Shown: positions 31,366 to 43,505 of the stretch, in pieces
How positions within the stretch are numbered: the first letter of the stretch is position 1
Layout: each line of letters starts with the position of its first letter
Source: Alphaproteobacteria bacterium
Lineage (GTDB): Bacteria > Pseudomonadota > Alphaproteobacteria > GCA-2731375
Direction of reading: 5' to 3'
NCBI GenBank assembly: GCA_965232515.1
Contig: CBDDPY010000002.1
Span: 2,555,528-2,619,527, forward strand
Length of the DNA stretch: 64,000 bases
Program-made: the position numbers and the translations under genes
The notes under the pieces: generated by a model
Told to the model about the DNA's origin: nothing
Seen by the model: only the letters and a program-made list of their open reading frames with translations
Database searches by the model: none

Positions 31366-33297
31366 TCAGGAGCCCGGCTGCGGTTCCGGCTCCATGCTGC
31401 CCGGATTTTCGTTGCCCTTGGGCTTGCCGGACGATGGCACCGAGGTCGAGGCCGCGGCGTCCTCGGGTGGCTCGCTCAGATCCTCGCGGACGATGGTTTC
31501 GCCGCGCAGCAGCCCGCGAACCTCTTCGCCGGACAGGGTCTCGTACTCCAGCAGCGCCTTGGCCACATTGTGCAGGTCGTCCATATGCTCTTCCAGCACC
31601 TGGCGCGCCCGGCCTTCGGCCGTCTCGACCAACTTCCGGATTTCCTCGTCGATGATCTGCGCCGTCGCCTCGGAGATGTTCTTACGCTGGGTGACCGAAT
31701 GGCCGAGGAAAATCTCCTCGTCATTCTCGTGATAACGCAACGGACCGAGCTTCTCGCTCATGCCGTATTCCGTCACCATGGCCCGCGCCCAATTGGTCGC
31801 CTGCTGGATGTCGTTGCCGGCGCCCGTGGTGACATTCTCCTTGCCGTAGATCAGCTCTTCGGCGACCCGGCCGCCGAAGGCCATGGCCAGGCGCGCTTCG
31901 ATCTCCATCTTCTTGTGGCTCAGACGGTCGCGCTCCGGCAGGTTCATGGTCACGCCCAGCGCGCGTCCGCGCGGAATGATCGTCACCTTGTGCAGCGGAT
32001 CGTTGCCCGGAATGAACAGACTGACGAGCGCATGACCGGTCTCGTGATAGGCCGTCATTTCCTTCTCGTCGTCGGTCATGACCATGGAGCGCCGCTCGGT
32101 GCCCATCATGACCTTGTCCTTGGCGGACTCGAACTCGTTCATGGTGACGACGCGCTTGTTCTTGCGCGCCGCCAGCAGCGCCGCCTCGTTCACCAGGTTC
32201 GCGAGGTCGGCGCCGGAAAAGCCGGGCGTGCCGCGCGCCACGGTGCGCACATCGACGTCGGGCGCAATCGGCACCTTGCGCATATGTACTTTCAGGATCT
32301 GCTCGCGGCCGAGAATATCGGGGTTGGGCACCACGACCTGACGGTCGAAACGGCCCGGACGCAGCAGCGCCGGGTCCAGCACGTCCGGCCGGTTCGTCGC
32401 CGCGATCAGGATCACGCCGTCGTTCGCCTCGAAGCCGTCCATTTCGACCAGCAGCTGGTTCAGCGTCTGCTCGCGCTCGTCGTTGCCGCCGCCGAGGCCG
32501 GCGCCGCGATGCCGGCCGACGGCATCGATTTCGTCGATGAAGATAATGCAGGGCGCGTTCTTCTTCGCCTGCTCGAACATGTCGCGCACACGGCTGGCGC
32601 CGACGCCGACGAACATCTCGACAAAGTCGGAGCCGGAAATCGTGAAGAACGGCACGTTCGCCTCACCGGCGATGGCGCGGGCCAGCAGCGTCTTACCGGT
32701 ACCAGGCGGGCCGACCAGCAGCGCGCCCTTCGGGATGCGCCCGCCCAGCCGCTGGAACTTCTGCGGGTCCTTCAGGAACTCGACGATCTCTTCCAGTTCT
32801 TCCTTGGCCTCCTCGATGCCGGCGACGTCATCGAATGTGACGCGTCCCGATCGTTCGGTCAGCAATCGGGCTTTCGATTTGCCGAAGCCCATGGCTTTAC
32901 CGCCGCCGGACTGCATCTGTCGCATGAAGAAGATCCAGACGCCGATCAGCAGCAGCATCGGGAACCAGTTCAGCAGGATCGCGAACAGCGTCGGCGTGCC
33001 TTCCTCGTCCGGCGCCGCGTTGATCGTGATACCGCGGTCCGCGAGGCGTTGGACCAGATCGGGATCGTCGGGCGCATAGGTGTTGAAGGCGCGGCCATCC
33101 GTATAGTGACCGGAAATCGACCGGCCCTTAATGGTCACATCGCGAATGTCGCCGGAATTCACTTCCGCGAGGAAATCGGAGTAGGCGCGCGTCGAACTCG
33201 GCCCGCGCTGGGAAGGACTTTGAAATAGATTGAAAACGGCAAGCACCAGCAAGCCGATAATCACCCACAAAACGATGTTGCGGCTGAAATTATTCAC
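31366..33297 (-). CDS. ftsH: ATP-dependent zinc metalloprotease FtsH
   Basis: 643 aa. Walker [12 protein letters not shown] region. Zn motif HETGHAL. Confidence 0.95.
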   Translation of the reverse strand: MNNFSRNIVLWVIIGLLVLAVFNLFQSPSQRGPSSTRAYSDFLAEVNSGDIRDVTIKGRSISGHYTDGRAFNTYAPDDPDLVQRLADRGITINAAPDEEGTPTLFAILLNWFPMLLLIGVWIFFMRQMQSGGGKAMGFGKSKARLLTERSGRVTFDDVAGIEEAKEELEEIVEFLKDPQKFQRLGGRIPKGALLVGPPGTGKTLLARAIAGEANVPFFTISGSDFVEMFVGVGASRVRDMFEQAKKNAPCIIFIDEIDAVGRHRGAGLGGGNDEREQTLNQLLVEMDGFEANDGVILIAATNRPDVLDPALLRPGRFDRQVVVPNPDILGREQILKVHMRKVPIAPDVDVRTVARGTPGFSGADLANLVNEAALLAARKNKRVVTMNEFESAKDKVMMGTERRSMVMTDDEKEMTAYHETGHALVSLFIPGNDPLHKVTIIPRGRALGVTMNLPERDRLSHKKMEIEARLAMAFGGRVAEELIYGKENVTTGAGNDIQQATNWARAMVTEYGMSEKLGPLRYHENDEEIFLGHSVTQRKNISEATAQIIDEEIRKLVETAEGRARQVLEEHMDDLHNVAKALLEYETLSGEEVRGLLRGETIVREDLSEPPEDAAASTSVPSSGKPKGNENPGSMEPEPQPGS

Positions 33298-33420
33298 GAC
33301 GTTTACTTCTCCCGCGCCGCCGGCGCCTCGCTTGATGGCAGCTGATGCCAGGACTTAAGGTCGACGCCCATTCATTACAACATTTCCAAGCTAGGCTTTA
33401 AAGATAATGTGACCAAATCG

Positions 33421-34740
33421 TTAGGCAAGCGTGAAGCTGTCCGAAACCAGCGATTGGGGCGGACTGAAAATGGCCGAAAATGGTGGTTCGGTGTCGCTTT
33501 TCGGGCAAATAAGGGGGATATGCGGGGCGTATAGCAGTCTATCGCAGTGCCAAAGGGATGGCAGGCTCGGCCGGACAGCCCTCGGAAGCGTGGTAAACGC
33601 CGTTTCGGCGATTTGACGCCAGCCCTCCGCGCCCAGCCGCCGCACCTGCAACATGCCGTCATCGGACAATCGGATGCCGTCGGCGATCCGGATCGAAAAT
33701 CGGTCCCAGCGCCCCTGCCACCCGGGGACGACATCAACCGTCTCCCTCAAGCGGCCGACTTCACGGCAGATCAGCAAGCGTCCAGGCCCAAGCAACAGCC
33801 GGCAACCGCCGAGCGTGCGCCCGCCGGATGTATCTGACCCGACCAGCCAGCCGTCGAGCGCCGCTAGCGGACCGGCACGGGGCGGATAGAACGAACCGCC
33901 GATGCACATCAGCAGACGGCTGAGCAGGCGCTGTCGGACCGCCATCGGCGCCGCGCCATAACGCGATAGCGAAAGGCAGGCGTATCCGGCCTGATGCAGG
34001 TCGACGGCGGCTGCCGCGAGATCCGATGTCATCGCCGACATGGCGCGGCGGTGTTGGCCGAAGGCGTGGACGGTCCGGGTCAGCCCTGCCAACTCCGCCG
34101 CGGTCAGCCGCGACAGCCGTCGGCGCAGATGACTGCGGCGGAACGCCGGATCCCGATTGCTCGGATCGTCGATCCAGCATTGATCGTTTTGCTCGAGCAA
34201 CTCGACGAGTTGCAATTTCGGCGTGGTCAGCAGCGGGCGCAGAAGCCTGATGCCGGCAACCACGGACAGCGCCGACATGCCAGCCAGGCCGTCGAGGCCG
34301 CTATGGCGTTCAAGCCGCATGAGAAACGTCTCGACCTGATCGTCCCGGTGATGCGCCAGCAGAAGGTGCAATACCCCATTCTGCCGGCACCAGCCGGTCA
34401 GCAGATCATATCGTGCCTGCCGTGCAGCCGCCTGAATGCCGCTCGCCGGCAGCGGGCCATGCCGGACCAGGGTGTGATGTTCGATCCCCCGCTGGGCGAG
34501 CCACACGCCGACCTGACGGCATTCCGCCGCGGCCTCCGGCCTCATGCCATGATCGACCGTGAGGCCGATGACCTTGCCGTTGCGGCCGTTCGCCCATGCA
34601 TCGGCAAACAAGGTCAGCGCTAAGCTGTCCGCACCACCGGACACGGCGACGGCGACGACAGGCGCATCTTCGAACGGGCCGAGCGCCGCCATGGCGGCGT
34701 CGAAGTCGTCCGACGGCAAACCGTCCGGCGGCGCGCGCAA
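33421..34740 (-). CDS. tilS: tRNA(Ile)-lysidine synthetase
   Basis: PP-loop VAVSGGADSLAL. The tilS-ftsH-folP-glmM order is the conserved alphaproteobacterial arrangement. Confidence 0.85.
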   Translation of the reverse strand: MRAPPDGLPSDDFDAAMAALGPFEDAPVVAVAVSGGADSLALTLFADAWANGRNGKVIGLTVDHGMRPEAAAECRQVGVWLAQRGIEHHTLVRHGPLPASGIQAAARQARYDLLTGWCRQNGVLHLLLAHHRDDQVETFLMRLERHSGLDGLAGMSALSVVAGIRLLRPLLTTPKLQLVELLEQNDQCWIDDPSNRDPAFRRSHLRRRLSRLTAAELAGLTRTVHAFGQHRRAMSAMTSDLAAAAVDLHQAGYACLSLSRYGAAPMAVRQRLLSRLLMCIGGSFYPPRAGPLAALDGWLVGSDTSGGRTLGGCRLLLGPGRLLICREVGRLRETVDVVPGWQGRWDRFSIRIADGIRLSDDGMLQVRRLGAEGWRQIAETAFTTLPRAVRPSLPSLWHCDRLLYAPHIPLICPKSDTEPPFSAIFSPPQSLVSDSFTLA

Positions 34741-34748
34741 GATCGACG

Positions 34749-35690
34749 CTAGCCGCAGTCCGTCCGCTGCTTTTGCTGTTCCGCGTTGCTGCGGATGCGG
34801 TTATCGGCATCGGGAAAGCTGCGCAGCAGCTCGTTCCAGGTGTTGCACGCTTCGGCCGGCTGGCCCAGTTCGCGCAGCGTGATGCCAAGCTTCAGCAACG
34901 TATCCGGCGCTTTGGTGCTGGCCGGATACTGCTTGATGCCTTGCAGGAAAGCCGCTGCCGCGGCGTCGAATTGATTGCGCACATAGAACGTTTCGCCCAG
35001 CCAGTACTGGGCGTTCGCCGCCAGATCATCGTCGGGGTGCGCCGCAAGAAACTCCGTAAATGCTTGTTCCGCTCGGTCGAATTCAGACTTACGCAGTAAC
35101 GAGAAGGCGAAGTTGTAGCGCTCCATCGGCGAGCCGTCCGGCAACACCGTGCCGGGCGCGGCCGGCGCCGCCGCCGCCTGCTGCGTGCCTTCGCGTTGGC
35201 CCGCCGCGGCCTGAACCTGCTGTCCGAAGCCGGTCGCGGCCGGTGGCGCGGCTGGCGGCGAAACGCCGTCGGCCGCCGCTGCCCCAGCTTGGGGCGGCGC
35301 GCCCGCGCCGCGCTCCAGCTCGCCGAGGCGAAAGTCGACATCGCCAACCAGCTTGTCCAGCCGGGTGCTGATCTGCCGCAGCCTGAAGCTCACTTCTTCG
35401 ATGCGGCCGGTCAAGTTACGCAGCTCGTTCTCGAGCTGCGTCATCCGCACTTCGGCTTCGGCGATACGCGCCGTCGAGGGCGCCGAAAAACTGTCGGGCG
35501 ACCGGGCGGTCACACCGCCGCGCGGCGTCTCGCCGCGATAGACCAGAGGTTCGAGGTCGCGGAGACTACGCTCCAGACGCTCAATTCGATCGACCAGCGC
35601 ATCGACGTTCTGCGCCGTCGCCACATCGGGCTGAACGATCGCCGCGACGATTCCTACCATCGAGAAAAATAGCGTTGGTTTTCGGATCAT
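34749..35690 (-). CDS. cpoB: Tol-Pal system protein CpoB/YbgF
   Basis: Signal peptide MIRKPTLFFSMVGIVAAIVQPDVATAQ. Coiled-coil region. C-terminal TPR-like YbgF domain. Start taken at Met103 of the track ORF. Confidence 0.8.
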   Translation of the reverse strand: MIRKPTLFFSMVGIVAAIVQPDVATAQNVDALVDRIERLERSLRDLEPLVYRGETPRGGVTARSPDSFSAPSTARIAEAEVRMTQLENELRNLTGRIEEVSFRLRQISTRLDKLVGDVDFRLGELERGAGAPPQAGAAAADGVSPPAAPPAATGFGQQVQAAAGQREGTQQAAAAPAAPGTVLPDGSPMERYNFAFSLLRKSEFDRAEQAFTEFLAAHPDDDLAANAQYWLGETFYVRNQFDAAAAAFLQGIKQYPASTKAPDTLLKLGITLRELGQPAEACNTWNELLRSFPDADNRIRSNAEQQKQRTDCG

Positions 35691-35828
35691 GGCTCGGTTC
35701 CACCTGATCTGCCGCGGCGGCATGTCCAGTGGCGGCTCGACGGCAGACTGTCGAAAGAATGCGGCGAAAATACGATCACCCGCTCGCCTGCGGATCGGTT
35801 CGCGCCGATGCACCCAGGCCTCATGTCG

Positions 35829-35873
35829 GCGAAAACGAAAACGGGATGCTGGCTCGGAGCAGCCAGCATCCCG
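35829..35873 (-). terminator. rho-independent terminator downstream of pal
   Basis: Perfect 12-bp stem GGGATGCTGGCT-cggag-AGCCAGCATCCC on the minus strand, followed by GUUUUCGUUUUCG. Confidence 0.55.
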
Positions 35874-35913
35874 TCGAACTCGGAATTGGCGCTGGAAACG
35901 CAGCGCCGAAGCG

Positions 35914-36465
35914 CTAGTTGACGACGGCGACGCCGCGGCGGTTTTGCGACCAGCAGGCTTCGTTGTGAGCCACGCAGCCCGGCCGCTCCTTGCCATACGA
36001 TATCGTCGCTATCCGGTCGGGATTGACGCCAAGCGCGATCAGGTAATTTCTCGCCGACGTCGCCCGCCGCTCACCCAGCGCCAGGTTGTACTCGCGGGTA
36101 CCGCGCTCGTCGGCATGCCCTTCAACCGTGACCGTGACATCGGGATACTGCTTCAGCCAAGCGGCCCAGCGCTCGATGGTGGCGCGCGATTGCGGCTTCA
36201 AATCGAATTTGTCGAAATCATAAAAAACGCGGTCGCCCACATTCTCGACAAAGTCTTCGTAGCTGCCGGGTGTCGGACCAGCCGGCGCCTGGGTCGAAGA
36301 CACGGACGGCGACGTCGTGGTCGTCGTCTGCGTGCTGGTCGTCTGCTGAGCGCCGCCCTGCCCGCTGGTATCGGCGGACTCCTCCGGTGCGGTTTCGCAC
36401 GCGGCTACAAGCAAAACCGCCGCGGCAAGACAAATGCCTTTTAACCCAAATTTTTCAAAGCGCAT
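35914..36465 (-). CDS. pal: peptidoglycan-associated lipoprotein Pal
   Basis: Lipobox LLVAAC. Ser/Thr-rich linker. OmpA-like C-terminal domain with NRRGVAVVN. Confidence 0.9.
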   Translation of the reverse strand: MRFEKFGLKGICLAAAVLLVAACETAPEESADTSGQGGAQQTTSTQTTTTTSPSVSSTQAPAGPTPGSYEDFVENVGDRVFYDFDKFDLKPQSRATIERWAAWLKQYPDVTVTVEGHADERGTREYNLALGERRATSARNYLIALGVNPDRIATISYGKERPGCVAHNEACWSQNRRGVAVVN

Positions 36466-36628
36466 CAAGGAGGCTCCTTTTGACCGCTGACGCAAAGTGT
36501 CCCGGAGATGAGTAACGAGGATTACTTACAGTACCCGGCAAACGCTCCGACAATCTGCCCTCATTCCCATTTAACTGCGTCACCGGGAGTTGATACCTGC
36601 ATTTGCGCCGGAATGTACTTAGATATGG

Positions 36629-37996
36629 TTAACGATTCAAGGGTGATAGCGGTGACCAAGCGGGATCTGAAGCGTCGATCGGTGTCATTATTTCGCGATC
36701 GTTGTAACCGGTAAGGTCCACGGACCAGAGACGCGTGCTGCCGCCGTTGCCCTGATTGTCGGACGGCTCCTGCCGAAAGAACATCAGGACCCGGCCGTTC
36801 GGGGCCCAAGTCGGCCCTTCGACAAGAAAACTCTCGGCCAAAAGGCGTTCGCCGCTGCCATCGACGCGCATCACGCCGATGAAGAAGCGGCCTTTTGAAA
36901 TCTTCGTAAAGGCGATCAGATCGCCACGCGGCGACCAGACGGGTGTTGCATATCTGCCATCACCGAAGGAAATCCGCTGTACGCCGCTGCCGTCGGCGTT
37001 CATCACGTAGAGCTGCTGACTGCCGCCGCGGTCGGAATTGAAAACGATTCGGCTCCCGTCCGGCGAATAGCACGGCGACGTATCGATCGCTGGATGGCTC
37101 GTCAGTTGCTGAATCTGGCGGGTCCGGAGGTCCATCACATAGACATCGGAATTGCCGTTCCGCGCCAGACTCATGATCACCCGGTTGCCGTCCGGCGAGA
37201 AGCGCGGCGCGAAGGTCATGCCGGGGAAGTCGCCGAGGACTTCCTGCTTGCCGGTATCGATGTTGTAGAGATACACGCGCGGCTTCTCGGCGATGTACGA
37301 CAGATAGGTAATCTCCTGCCGCGTCGGCGAGAAGCGCGGCGTCAGCACCAGGTGGCCGCCATCTGTCAGGAAACGATGGCCGGCGCCGTCCTGATCCATT
37401 ATCGCCAGGCGTTTGACCCGGCGGTCGGCCGGCCCGCTCTCGGCGATGTAGACGACCCGCGTGTCGAAATAGCCTTCCTCGCCGGTCAGACGCTTATAGA
37501 TCGCATCCGAAATTATGTGCGCGATCCGCCGCCAGTTGCCGGGTGTCGTGAAGTAGACGAGGCCCGTCATCTGCTCGCCGGCCAGCACGTCCCAAAGACG
37601 GAACTCGACGCGCAGCCGCCCGTCCGGCTGCAGCTCGACCTTGCCGGTGACCAGCGCCTGGGCATTCAGCACCCGCCAATCGGCGAACCGCGGCTGCACC
37701 TGCATCGATTCTGGTTTCTGTATGAACGACGACGGATTGAGCGGGCGAAACAGACCCGATCTTTCCAAGTTGTTGGTGATGACGCCGGAGATGTCCTTGC
37801 CCGTCTGCGCGGAAGCGCCCCCCGGGTTGAAGAACTCGGGGAGCGCGATCGGCAGGGGATCGACGTTGCCCTGGGTAATGTCGATTTCCAGCGCGGCGCG
37901 CGCGGGTCCGCCGGCCAACAGCACCAGCAATGCAACCGCGGTCAGTACGCGCGTGCGCCAGACCGGTATCTGCAGAAGGCTACGATCCAGGATCAT
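36629..37996 (-). CDS. tolB: Tol-Pal system beta-propeller protein TolB
   Basis: Signal peptide, TolB N-terminal domain and WD40-like beta-propeller repeats (PRFSPDG, YSPDG, WSPRG). Confidence 0.92.
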   Translation of the reverse strand: MILDRSLLQIPVWRTRVLTAVALLVLLAGGPARAALEIDITQGNVDPLPIALPEFFNPGGASAQTGKDISGVITNNLERSGLFRPLNPSSFIQKPESMQVQPRFADWRVLNAQALVTGKVELQPDGRLRVEFRLWDVLAGEQMTGLVYFTTPGNWRRIAHIISDAIYKRLTGEEGYFDTRVVYIAESGPADRRVKRLAIMDQDGAGHRFLTDGGHLVLTPRFSPTRQEITYLSYIAEKPRVYLYNIDTGKQEVLGDFPGMTFAPRFSPDGNRVIMSLARNGNSDVYVMDLRTRQIQQLTSHPAIDTSPCYSPDGSRIVFNSDRGGSQQLYVMNADGSGVQRISFGDGRYATPVWSPRGDLIAFTKISKGRFFIGVMRVDGSGERLLAESFLVEGPTWAPNGRVLMFFRQEPSDNQGNGGSTRLWSVDLTGYNDREIMTPIDASDPAWSPLSPLNR

Positions 37997-38904
37997 CCTT
38001 GCAACATCTCCTTCGGGTTGAAGGTCAGCGTGATCTCGCGCCAACGCTCATACTTTGTGACCGGCAGGTTCTTCAAGGGGCTGCACTTCTGCACGGCGCG
38101 GCGCGCGCTCTCCGCGGCGACCCGGAAGAACTCCTCGCCCGGCCGAGTCATGCGCCCGCCATCGATGATCTCGGGCGGCCGGGCGAGCGAACCATCCGGC
38201 TTGAGAAAGATCCTGATCTGAACGATCAGGTTCTCGGCATCTCGCGCGCCGGCGGGTATCGACCAGCATTGCTGGATCTGAAACCGGATCGCGTCGATCT
38301 CGCTCATCGTCAACGGCTGGTCCGAACTCAGCGCCACTCGTGGCGTCGGCTTCCGTTCGGCCTGCGCCGCCTTCGCCGTTGTCTCCGCCGCCTTGGCGAC
38401 GGGCTGTTTCTGATCCTTCATGCGCTTGTCAAGCAGCGCGGCGATACGGTCGGCACTGAAGCGCTTCTCCGGCTTGACCGGTTTGGTCCGCGGCTTCGGC
38501 GCCTTGGAGAGGTCGACCGGCTTGGCCTGCGGTTCGGGTTTCGGTTTCGGCTTGGGTTCCGGCTTCGGCACCTCCGCCAGTTCCTTCGGCTTCGGTTCCG
38601 GCTTCGGCGCCGGCGGCGTCGGCTTCGCTTCCGGCGGGGCCGGCGGCGGCGGCGCTGGCGCGGCCACGGGCTCGGGCGGCTTCGGCGGCGGCTTCTTCTC
38701 GACCTCGACTTCCTTGACGGGCTCCGGCTCGGGTTCCGGCTCCGGCGGCGCCTGGCTGGTGGTGACTTCGTCGACCGTCACCAGTTCGACCAGCAATGGC
38801 TGTGTCTCGAGCTCGTCAGGTTGGAACAGGCTGGGCAGACCGAACACCGCAAGTACGATCATGCTGACATGCAGCATGGCGGATATGATCAGCCCGTTAC
38901 GCAA
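37993..38904 (-). CDS. tolA: cell envelope integrity protein TolA
   Basis: N-terminal TM anchor [18 protein letters not shown]. Long Pro/Glu/Lys-rich linker. C-terminal TolA domain. Overlaps tolB by 4 nt. Confidence 0.75.
   Translation of the reverse strand: MRNGLIISAMLHVSMIVLAVFGLPSLFQPDELETQPLLVELVTVDEVTTSQAPPEPEPEPEPVKEVEVEKKPPPKPPEPVAAPAPPPPAPPEAKPTPPAPKPEPKPKELAEVPKPEPKPKPKPEPQAKPVDLSKAPKPRTKPVKPEKRFSADRIAALLDKRMKDQKQPVAKAAETTAKAAQAERKPTPRVALSSDQPLTMSEIDAIRFQIQQCWSIPAGARDAENLIVQIRIFLKPDGSLARPPEIIDGGRMTRPGEEFFRVAAESARRAVQKCSPLKNLPVTKYERWREITLTFNPKEMLQG
38499..38754 (-). repeat. low-complexity PEPK-type repeat tract inside tolA
   Basis: Repeated PEPEPEPEP and [12 protein letters not shown] codon tracts, visible as ccggagccc/ccgaagccg periodicity. 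Confidence 0.5.
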
Positions 38905-38913
38905 CGGTTCGCC

Positions 38914-39357
38914 CTAATTGTCCACGGTCGGCGCCTCGGCAACGAGCGCGACCTTGTTGAAACCGGCGGCATTGATCGTGCTCATCACCGTCATCACCCG
39001 GCCATAGTCGATGGCGCGGTCGCCGCGGACGAAGATCCGCGTTTCGCCGTTGCGGGTCTGGGCGATCGCCTGTAGGCGCGGCACCAGCTCCGACATCTCG
39101 ATTTCGGTCTCCTGCAGAAAGACCTTGCCGGCGGTATCGACCGTGATGGTCAACGGCTCTTCCGAACCCTGCAGGTTCTGCGCGCTGGCTTTCGGCAGGT
39201 CGACCGGCACGCCGACGGTCAACAGCGGCGCGGTGATCATGAACACGACCAGCAGCACCAGCATGACGTCGACGAACGGCGTGATGTTGATCTCGGACAT
39301 CGGCCGATGCCGGGCCGACGCGCTGCGCGCCTTGGCATGACGCATAAAGACCGCCAT
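38914..39357 (-). CDS. tolR: Tol-Pal system protein TolR (ExbD family)
   Basis: MSEINITPFVDVMLVLLVVFMI is the ExbD/TolR signature. The alternative start at 39300 gives the canonical N-terminus. Confidence 0.85.
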   Translation of the reverse strand: MAVFMRHAKARSASARHRPMSEINITPFVDVMLVLLVVFMITAPLLTVGVPVDLPKASAQNLQGSEEPLTITVDTAGKVFLQETEIEMSELVPRLQAIAQTRNGETRIFVRGDRAIDYGRVMTVMSTINAAGFNKVALVAEAPTVDN

Positions 39358-40091
39358 CAGCCCTGCCTCTCCTCGAGTTGACGCGACAGGATGGCCGAGA
39401 ACTCGCCGACGAAGCCGTCGAGGCGATTGGCGTAGCGGCCGAGATCGTCGGAGAACTTGTTGTAGGCGACCACGGCCGGGATCGCGGCGATCAGGCCCAG
39501 CGCCGTCGCGAACAAAGCTTCCGCGATGCCGGGCGCGACGACGGCTAGGTTGGTGTTCTTGCTGAGCGCGATCGACTGGAAGCTGTTCATGATGCCCCAG
39601 ACGGTGCCGAACAGGCCGATGAACGGCGCCGTCGAGCCGACGGTCGCCAGGAAGCCGAGATAGCGTTCCAGCCGCTGCATCTCGCGGTCCATGGTCACCT
39701 GCATGACCTGACCGATGCGTTCCTTGATGCCGGCACGGAGCGACTGCTCATTGCCGATCCCCTTGGCGGTCGACCGGCGCCATTCGCGCATGGCGGACGC
39801 GAACAGGATCTCCATCGGGTGATCGGGTCTGGCGCCGATATGGTCGTAGAGGTCCTCGAGGCTTCCGCCGGACCAGAACGAGTCTTCGAACTCGTCGGCC
39901 TGCGCGCGCAGACGGCGGAAGCGCAGCCACTTCTCGAAGATGATCGCCCAGCACCAGACGGAGGCGACGAGAAGCAGCAGCATCACCGCTTTGACGACGA
40001 AATCTGCTTTCAGGAACAGGCCCCATAACGACATGTCTACGTCCGCTACCGAGCCCGCTAGAGCGAGGGCATCAACCGCTTGGTTTTCCAT
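39357..40091 (-). CDS. tolQ: Tol-Pal system protein TolQ
   Basis: MotA/TolQ/ExbB signature LATVGSTAPFIGLFGTVWGIMNSF. Three TM helices. One-nt overlap (TGATG) with tolR. Confidence 0.9.
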   Translation of the reverse strand: MENQAVDALALAGSVADVDMSLWGLFLKADFVVKAVMLLLLVASVWCWAIIFEKWLRFRRLRAQADEFEDSFWSGGSLEDLYDHIGARPDHPMEILFASAMREWRRSTAKGIGNEQSLRAGIKERIGQVMQVTMDREMQRLERYLGFLATVGSTAPFIGLFGTVWGIMNSFQSIALSKNTNLAVVAPGIAEALFATALGLIAAIPAVVAYNKFSDDLGRYANRLDGFVGEFSAILSRQLEERQG

Positions 40092-40114
40092 GCGCCTTTG
40101 TCACACGTTCATGG

Positions 40115-40561
40115 TTAACAGGATCTAATTGTCATTGCCGTCAGGGCCGCACGGACCGGCGCCGGCAGGCGTTGCGGCCGACCGCCGCGCCCGGTGCAGG
40201 CGAGACGGATCTTGCCCCGCGCCAGCACCGCGTCGGCGCGCGTCACGTCCTGGTCCAGATCGATGGTCGCGCCGCCGACGGCACGCACGGTGGTATGCAC
40301 ATCCAGTTCGTCGCCCAGGCGCGCCGGCGCCAGGTAGTCGATCTCGCAGCGCCGCACCGGAAACACGATCCCCTCCTCGGCCAGCAGGGCGCTCTGATCG
40401 ATGCCAGCGGCCTCGACCATCTCGCTGCGCGCGCGCTCGAAGAATTTCAGGAAGTTCGCGTAATAGACGATGCCGGCCGCGTCCGTGTCTTCCCAATAAA
40501 CCCGCAATCGAAAGCGCTGCGGCGCCGCCGTGACGGCGGCATCGATGGCCGTCGTCGTCAT
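40115..40561 (-). CDS. ybgC: acyl-CoA thioesterase YbgC (4HBT family)
   Basis: [25 protein letters not shown] hot-dog fold. Sits first in the tol-pal operon position. Confidence 0.8.
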   Translation of the reverse strand: MTTTAIDAAVTAAPQRFRLRVYWEDTDAAGIVYYANFLKFFERARSEMVEAAGIDQSALLAEEGIVFPVRRCEIDYLAPARLGDELDVHTTVRAVGGATIDLDQDVTRADAVLARGKIRLACTGRGGRPQRLPAPVRAALTAMTIRSC

Positions 40562-41616
40562 GCGTCGTTCCCGTCATCCGCCAGCAGGTCCAGTTGCGCC
40601 TGTACCGATGTCGGCACGGCGAGCCCGAGATGCGCGAAGCCGTTTTGTGTCAACATCCGGCCGCGCGGCGTGCGATGCAGAAAGCCCTGTTGGATCAGAT
40701 AGGGCTCGATGATCTCCTCGATCGCGTCCCGCGGCTCGGACAAGGCCGCGGCCATGGTTTCGACACCGACCGGCCCGCCGCCGAAATCGCTGGCGATGCG
40801 CGACAGGTACCGGCGGTCCATGGCGTCGAGGCCGCGCTGATCGACCTCCAGCCGGTTGAGCGCGGCATCGGCCTTGACGGCATCGACGGTTTCGGCGCCG
40901 GCGACGGCGGCGAAGTCGCGTACCCGCCGCAACAGCCGGATCGCCACGCGCGGCGTGCCGCGTGACCTTTTTGCCACCTCGCGCGCGCCGTCCGCCGTCA
41001 GGTTCATGTCCAGCAGCTTGGCGCCGCGGCGGACGATCCGGTCGAGCTCGTCGACATCGTAGAAGTTCAGTCTGACCGGAATGCCGAAACGCTCGCGCAG
41101 CGGTGTCGTGATCAGGCCCGAACGGGTGGTCGCGCCCACCAGCGTGAACGGTGGCAGATCGATGCGCACGTTGCGCGCGGCCGGCCCCTCGCCAATGACC
41201 AGATCGAGCTGAAAATCCTCCATGGCCGGATACAACACCTCTTCCACGGCAGGATTAAGGCGATGTATCTCGTCGATGAACAAAACATCGCCGGACTGCA
41301 GATGCGTCAGGATCGCGGCCAGGTCGCCGGCCTTGGCGATGACCGGGCCCGACGTGGCGCGGAAGTTGACGCCGAGCTCGCGCGCGACGATCTGCGCCAG
41401 CGTCGTCTTGCCCAGGCCCGGCGGTCCGAAGAACAGCACGTGGTCCAGCGCCTCGCCGCGGCCCTTGGCCGCCTCGATATAGACTTTCAGATTCTCGCAC
41501 TCGGCCCGCTGACCGACGAAGTCGCTCAACAGCTGCGGCCGTAAGCCCACATCGCCGGCGTCCTCGGCCGTGCCGTCGGGATTGACCAGCCGGGGCGTCC
41601 CGGCGCTGTCGGTCAT
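40558..41616 (-). CDS. ruvB: Holliday junction branch migration DNA helicase RuvB
   Basis: Walker [12 protein letters not shown]. Sensor motifs. 352 aa. Confidence 0.95.
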   Translation of the reverse strand: MTDSAGTPRLVNPDGTAEDAGDVGLRPQLLSDFVGQRAECENLKVYIEAAKGRGEALDHVLFFGPPGLGKTTLAQIVARELGVNFRATSGPVIAKAGDLAAILTHLQSGDVLFIDEIHRLNPAVEEVLYPAMEDFQLDLVIGEGPAARNVRIDLPPFTLVGATTRSGLITTPLRERFGIPVRLNFYDVDELDRIVRRGAKLLDMNLTADGAREVAKRSRGTPRVAIRLLRRVRDFAAVAGAETVDAVKADAALNRLEVDQRGLDAMDRRYLSRIASDFGGGPVGVETMAAALSEPRDAIEEIIEPYLIQQGFLHRTPRGRMLTQNGFAHLGLAVPTSVQAQLDLLADDGNDA

Positions 41617-42230
41617 CGGGCCAGCTCCTGCAGGCTGCCGCGGATCAGGGCCTGCAGATCCGTTTCCGCGCCGAGCGTGCGCACGGTCGTCTGCACCGCG
41701 CTCAACGCGTCAGGCTGCCGGTAGCCGAGATTGACCAGGGCCGAAACCGCGTCGCCGGCGGCATCGCCCAGCGCGACCGCGGGACCGGCCGCCTCGGCGC
41801 CAGCCACGACACCCGGACCGAGGGCGAGATTGCCGACCTTGTCCTTCAGCTCGTTGACGACGCGCGTGGCGAGCTTCGGCCCGACGCTGGGCGCGCGGGT
41901 CAGCGCCGTCTTGTCCTGGGTCATGATCGCCTGCAGCAGCTCGCCCGGCGCCAGCACCGACAGCACGCCGAGCGCCACGCGGGCGCCGATGCCCTGCACG
42001 CTCTGCAGCAGGTTGAACCAGTCGCGCTCGGCCTGATCGGCGAAGCCGAACAAATGGATGTGGTCCTCGCGGACATGGGTTTCGGTGTGGACCTCGACCG
42101 CCTCGCCCGCCGACGGCAGCGCCGAGAGCGTACGGCCCGAGCAGAACACGCGATAGCCGACGCCGCCGACATCGATCACCGCCCAATCGTCGCCGACGCT
42201 GTCGACGCGGCCTTTCAGTTTGGCGATCAT
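41613..42230 (-). CDS. ruvA: Holliday junction branch migration protein RuvA
   Basis: [28 protein letters not shown]... is a canonical RuvA N-terminus. HhH motifs. Confidence 0.92.
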   Translation of the reverse strand: MIAKLKGRVDSVGDDWAVIDVGGVGYRVFCSGRTLSALPSAGEAVEVHTETHVREDHIHLFGFADQAERDWFNLLQSVQGIGARVALGVLSVLAPGELLQAIMTQDKTALTRAPSVGPKLATRVVNELKDKVGNLALGPGVVAGAEAAGPAVALGDAAGDAVSALVNLGYRQPDALSAVQTTVRTLGAETDLQALIRGSLQELAR

Positions 42231-42742
42231 CCGCCGGCGCCCGCCGCGGCGATGGCTGTGTCGATGCGGGCCGCCGATTGCCGGTGATGCGCGTGGCAGA
42301 TGGCGACCGCCAGCGCGTCGGCCGCGTCCGCCGCGGCGATCGCAACGCCCGGCAGCAGGGTCTGCACCATCATTTCGATCTGGCGCTTCTGGGCGTGGCC
42401 GGTGCCGACGATCGATTTCTTGATCAGGTTCGGCGCGTACTCCGCCACCGTCAGGCCGGCAAGCGCCGGCGCCAGCAGCGCGATGCCGCGGGCCTGGCCC
42501 AGCTTCAGGGTCGAGGTCGGATTCTTGTTGACGAAGGTCTCCTCGACCGCCGCCTCCTCGGGCGCGTAGTCGTCCAGCACCGCGTTCACGCCCTCAAACA
42601 GCTGCCGCAGGCGGTCGGACAGCGCGCGATCCGGATCGGACCGCACCAAGCCGTTCGCGACATGGCGCAGGCGATTGCCCGATGCCTCGATGATGCCCCA
42701 CCCGGTATGCCGCAGGCCGGGGTCCAATCCGATGATGCGCAT
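42227..42742 (-). CDS. ruvC: crossover junction endodeoxyribonuclease RuvC
   Basis: [19 protein letters not shown]... with catalytic acidic residues. Confidence 0.92.
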   Translation of the reverse strand: MRIIGLDPGLRHTGWGIIEASGNRLRHVANGLVRSDPDRALSDRLRQLFEGVNAVLDDYAPEEAAVEETFVNKNPTSTLKLGQARGIALLAPALAGLTVAEYAPNLIKKSIVGTGHAQKRQIEMMVQTLLPGVAIAAADAADALAVAICHAHHRQSAARIDTAIAAAGAGG

Positions 42743-42755
42743 GCCCTCTCCGGTC

Positions 42756-43505
42756 TCAGGCGCTCAGCTTCTGCATGACCTCTTCAGAGACATCGAAGTT
42801 GGCCGTGATCTGCTGCACGTCATCGTTGTCTTCCAGCACTTCCAGCATTTTGAACAGGGTCGATGCCGTGTCCTCGTCGATCGGGATCGTCGACTGCGGC
42901 CGCCAGGTCAGCCGGGCGCTGCGCGGATCGCCAAAGCGGCTTTCCAGCGCCTCGCGCACCTGATGCAGATCGTCGGGCGCGCAGACGATCGTATGCCCCT
43001 CGTCCGACGTCTCGACGTCGTCGGCCCCGGCCTCGACCGCGGCCTCGAACATTTCGTCGGCGCCGGCCGCGTCGGCCGCATACTCGATGGCGCCGATGCG
43101 GTCGAACATGAAGGCGACGCTGTTGGTCTCGCCCAACGAACCGCCATACTTGCCGAAGGTCGCGCGGACGTCGGAGGCCGTGCGGTTGCGGTTGTCGGTC
43201 AGCGCCTCGACGATCACGCCGACGCCGCCGACGGCAAAGCCCTCGTAGCGGATCTCCTCGTAGGCCTCGCCCTCGCCGCCCTGGGTCGCCCGTTTGATGG
43301 CGCGCTCGACATTGTCCTTCGGCATGTTGGCGGCGCGCGCGGCCTGGATGGCGGCGCGGAGACGGGGGTTCATGGCCGGATCAGGCAGCCCCTGGCGCGC
43401 GGCGACCGTCAGCTCGCGAATAAGCTTGGCGAAAACCTTGGCGCGCTTCGCGTCCTGCGCGCCCTTGCGGTACATGATGTTCTTGAATTGGGAATGACCG
43501 GCCAT
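42756..43505 (-). CDS. yebC: YebC/PmpR family DNA-binding transcriptional regulator
   Basis: [28 protein letters not shown]... is a canonical YebC N-terminus. Confidence 0.9.
   Translation of the reverse strand: MAGHSQFKNIMYRKGAQDAKRAKVFAKLIRELTVAARQGLPDPAMNPRLRAAIQAARAANMPKDNVERAIKRATQGGEGEAYEEIRYEGFAVGGVGVIVEALTDNRNRTASDVRATFGKYGGSLGETNSVAFMFDRIGAIEYAADAAGADEMFEAAVEAGADDVETSDEGHTIVCAPDDLHQVREALESRFGDPRSARLTWRPQSTIPIDEDTASTLFKMLEVLEDNDDVQQITANFDVSEEVMQKLSA

Noticed and set aside
31336-33228. 630-aa plus-strand ORF
   Set aside because: Antisense to ftsH.
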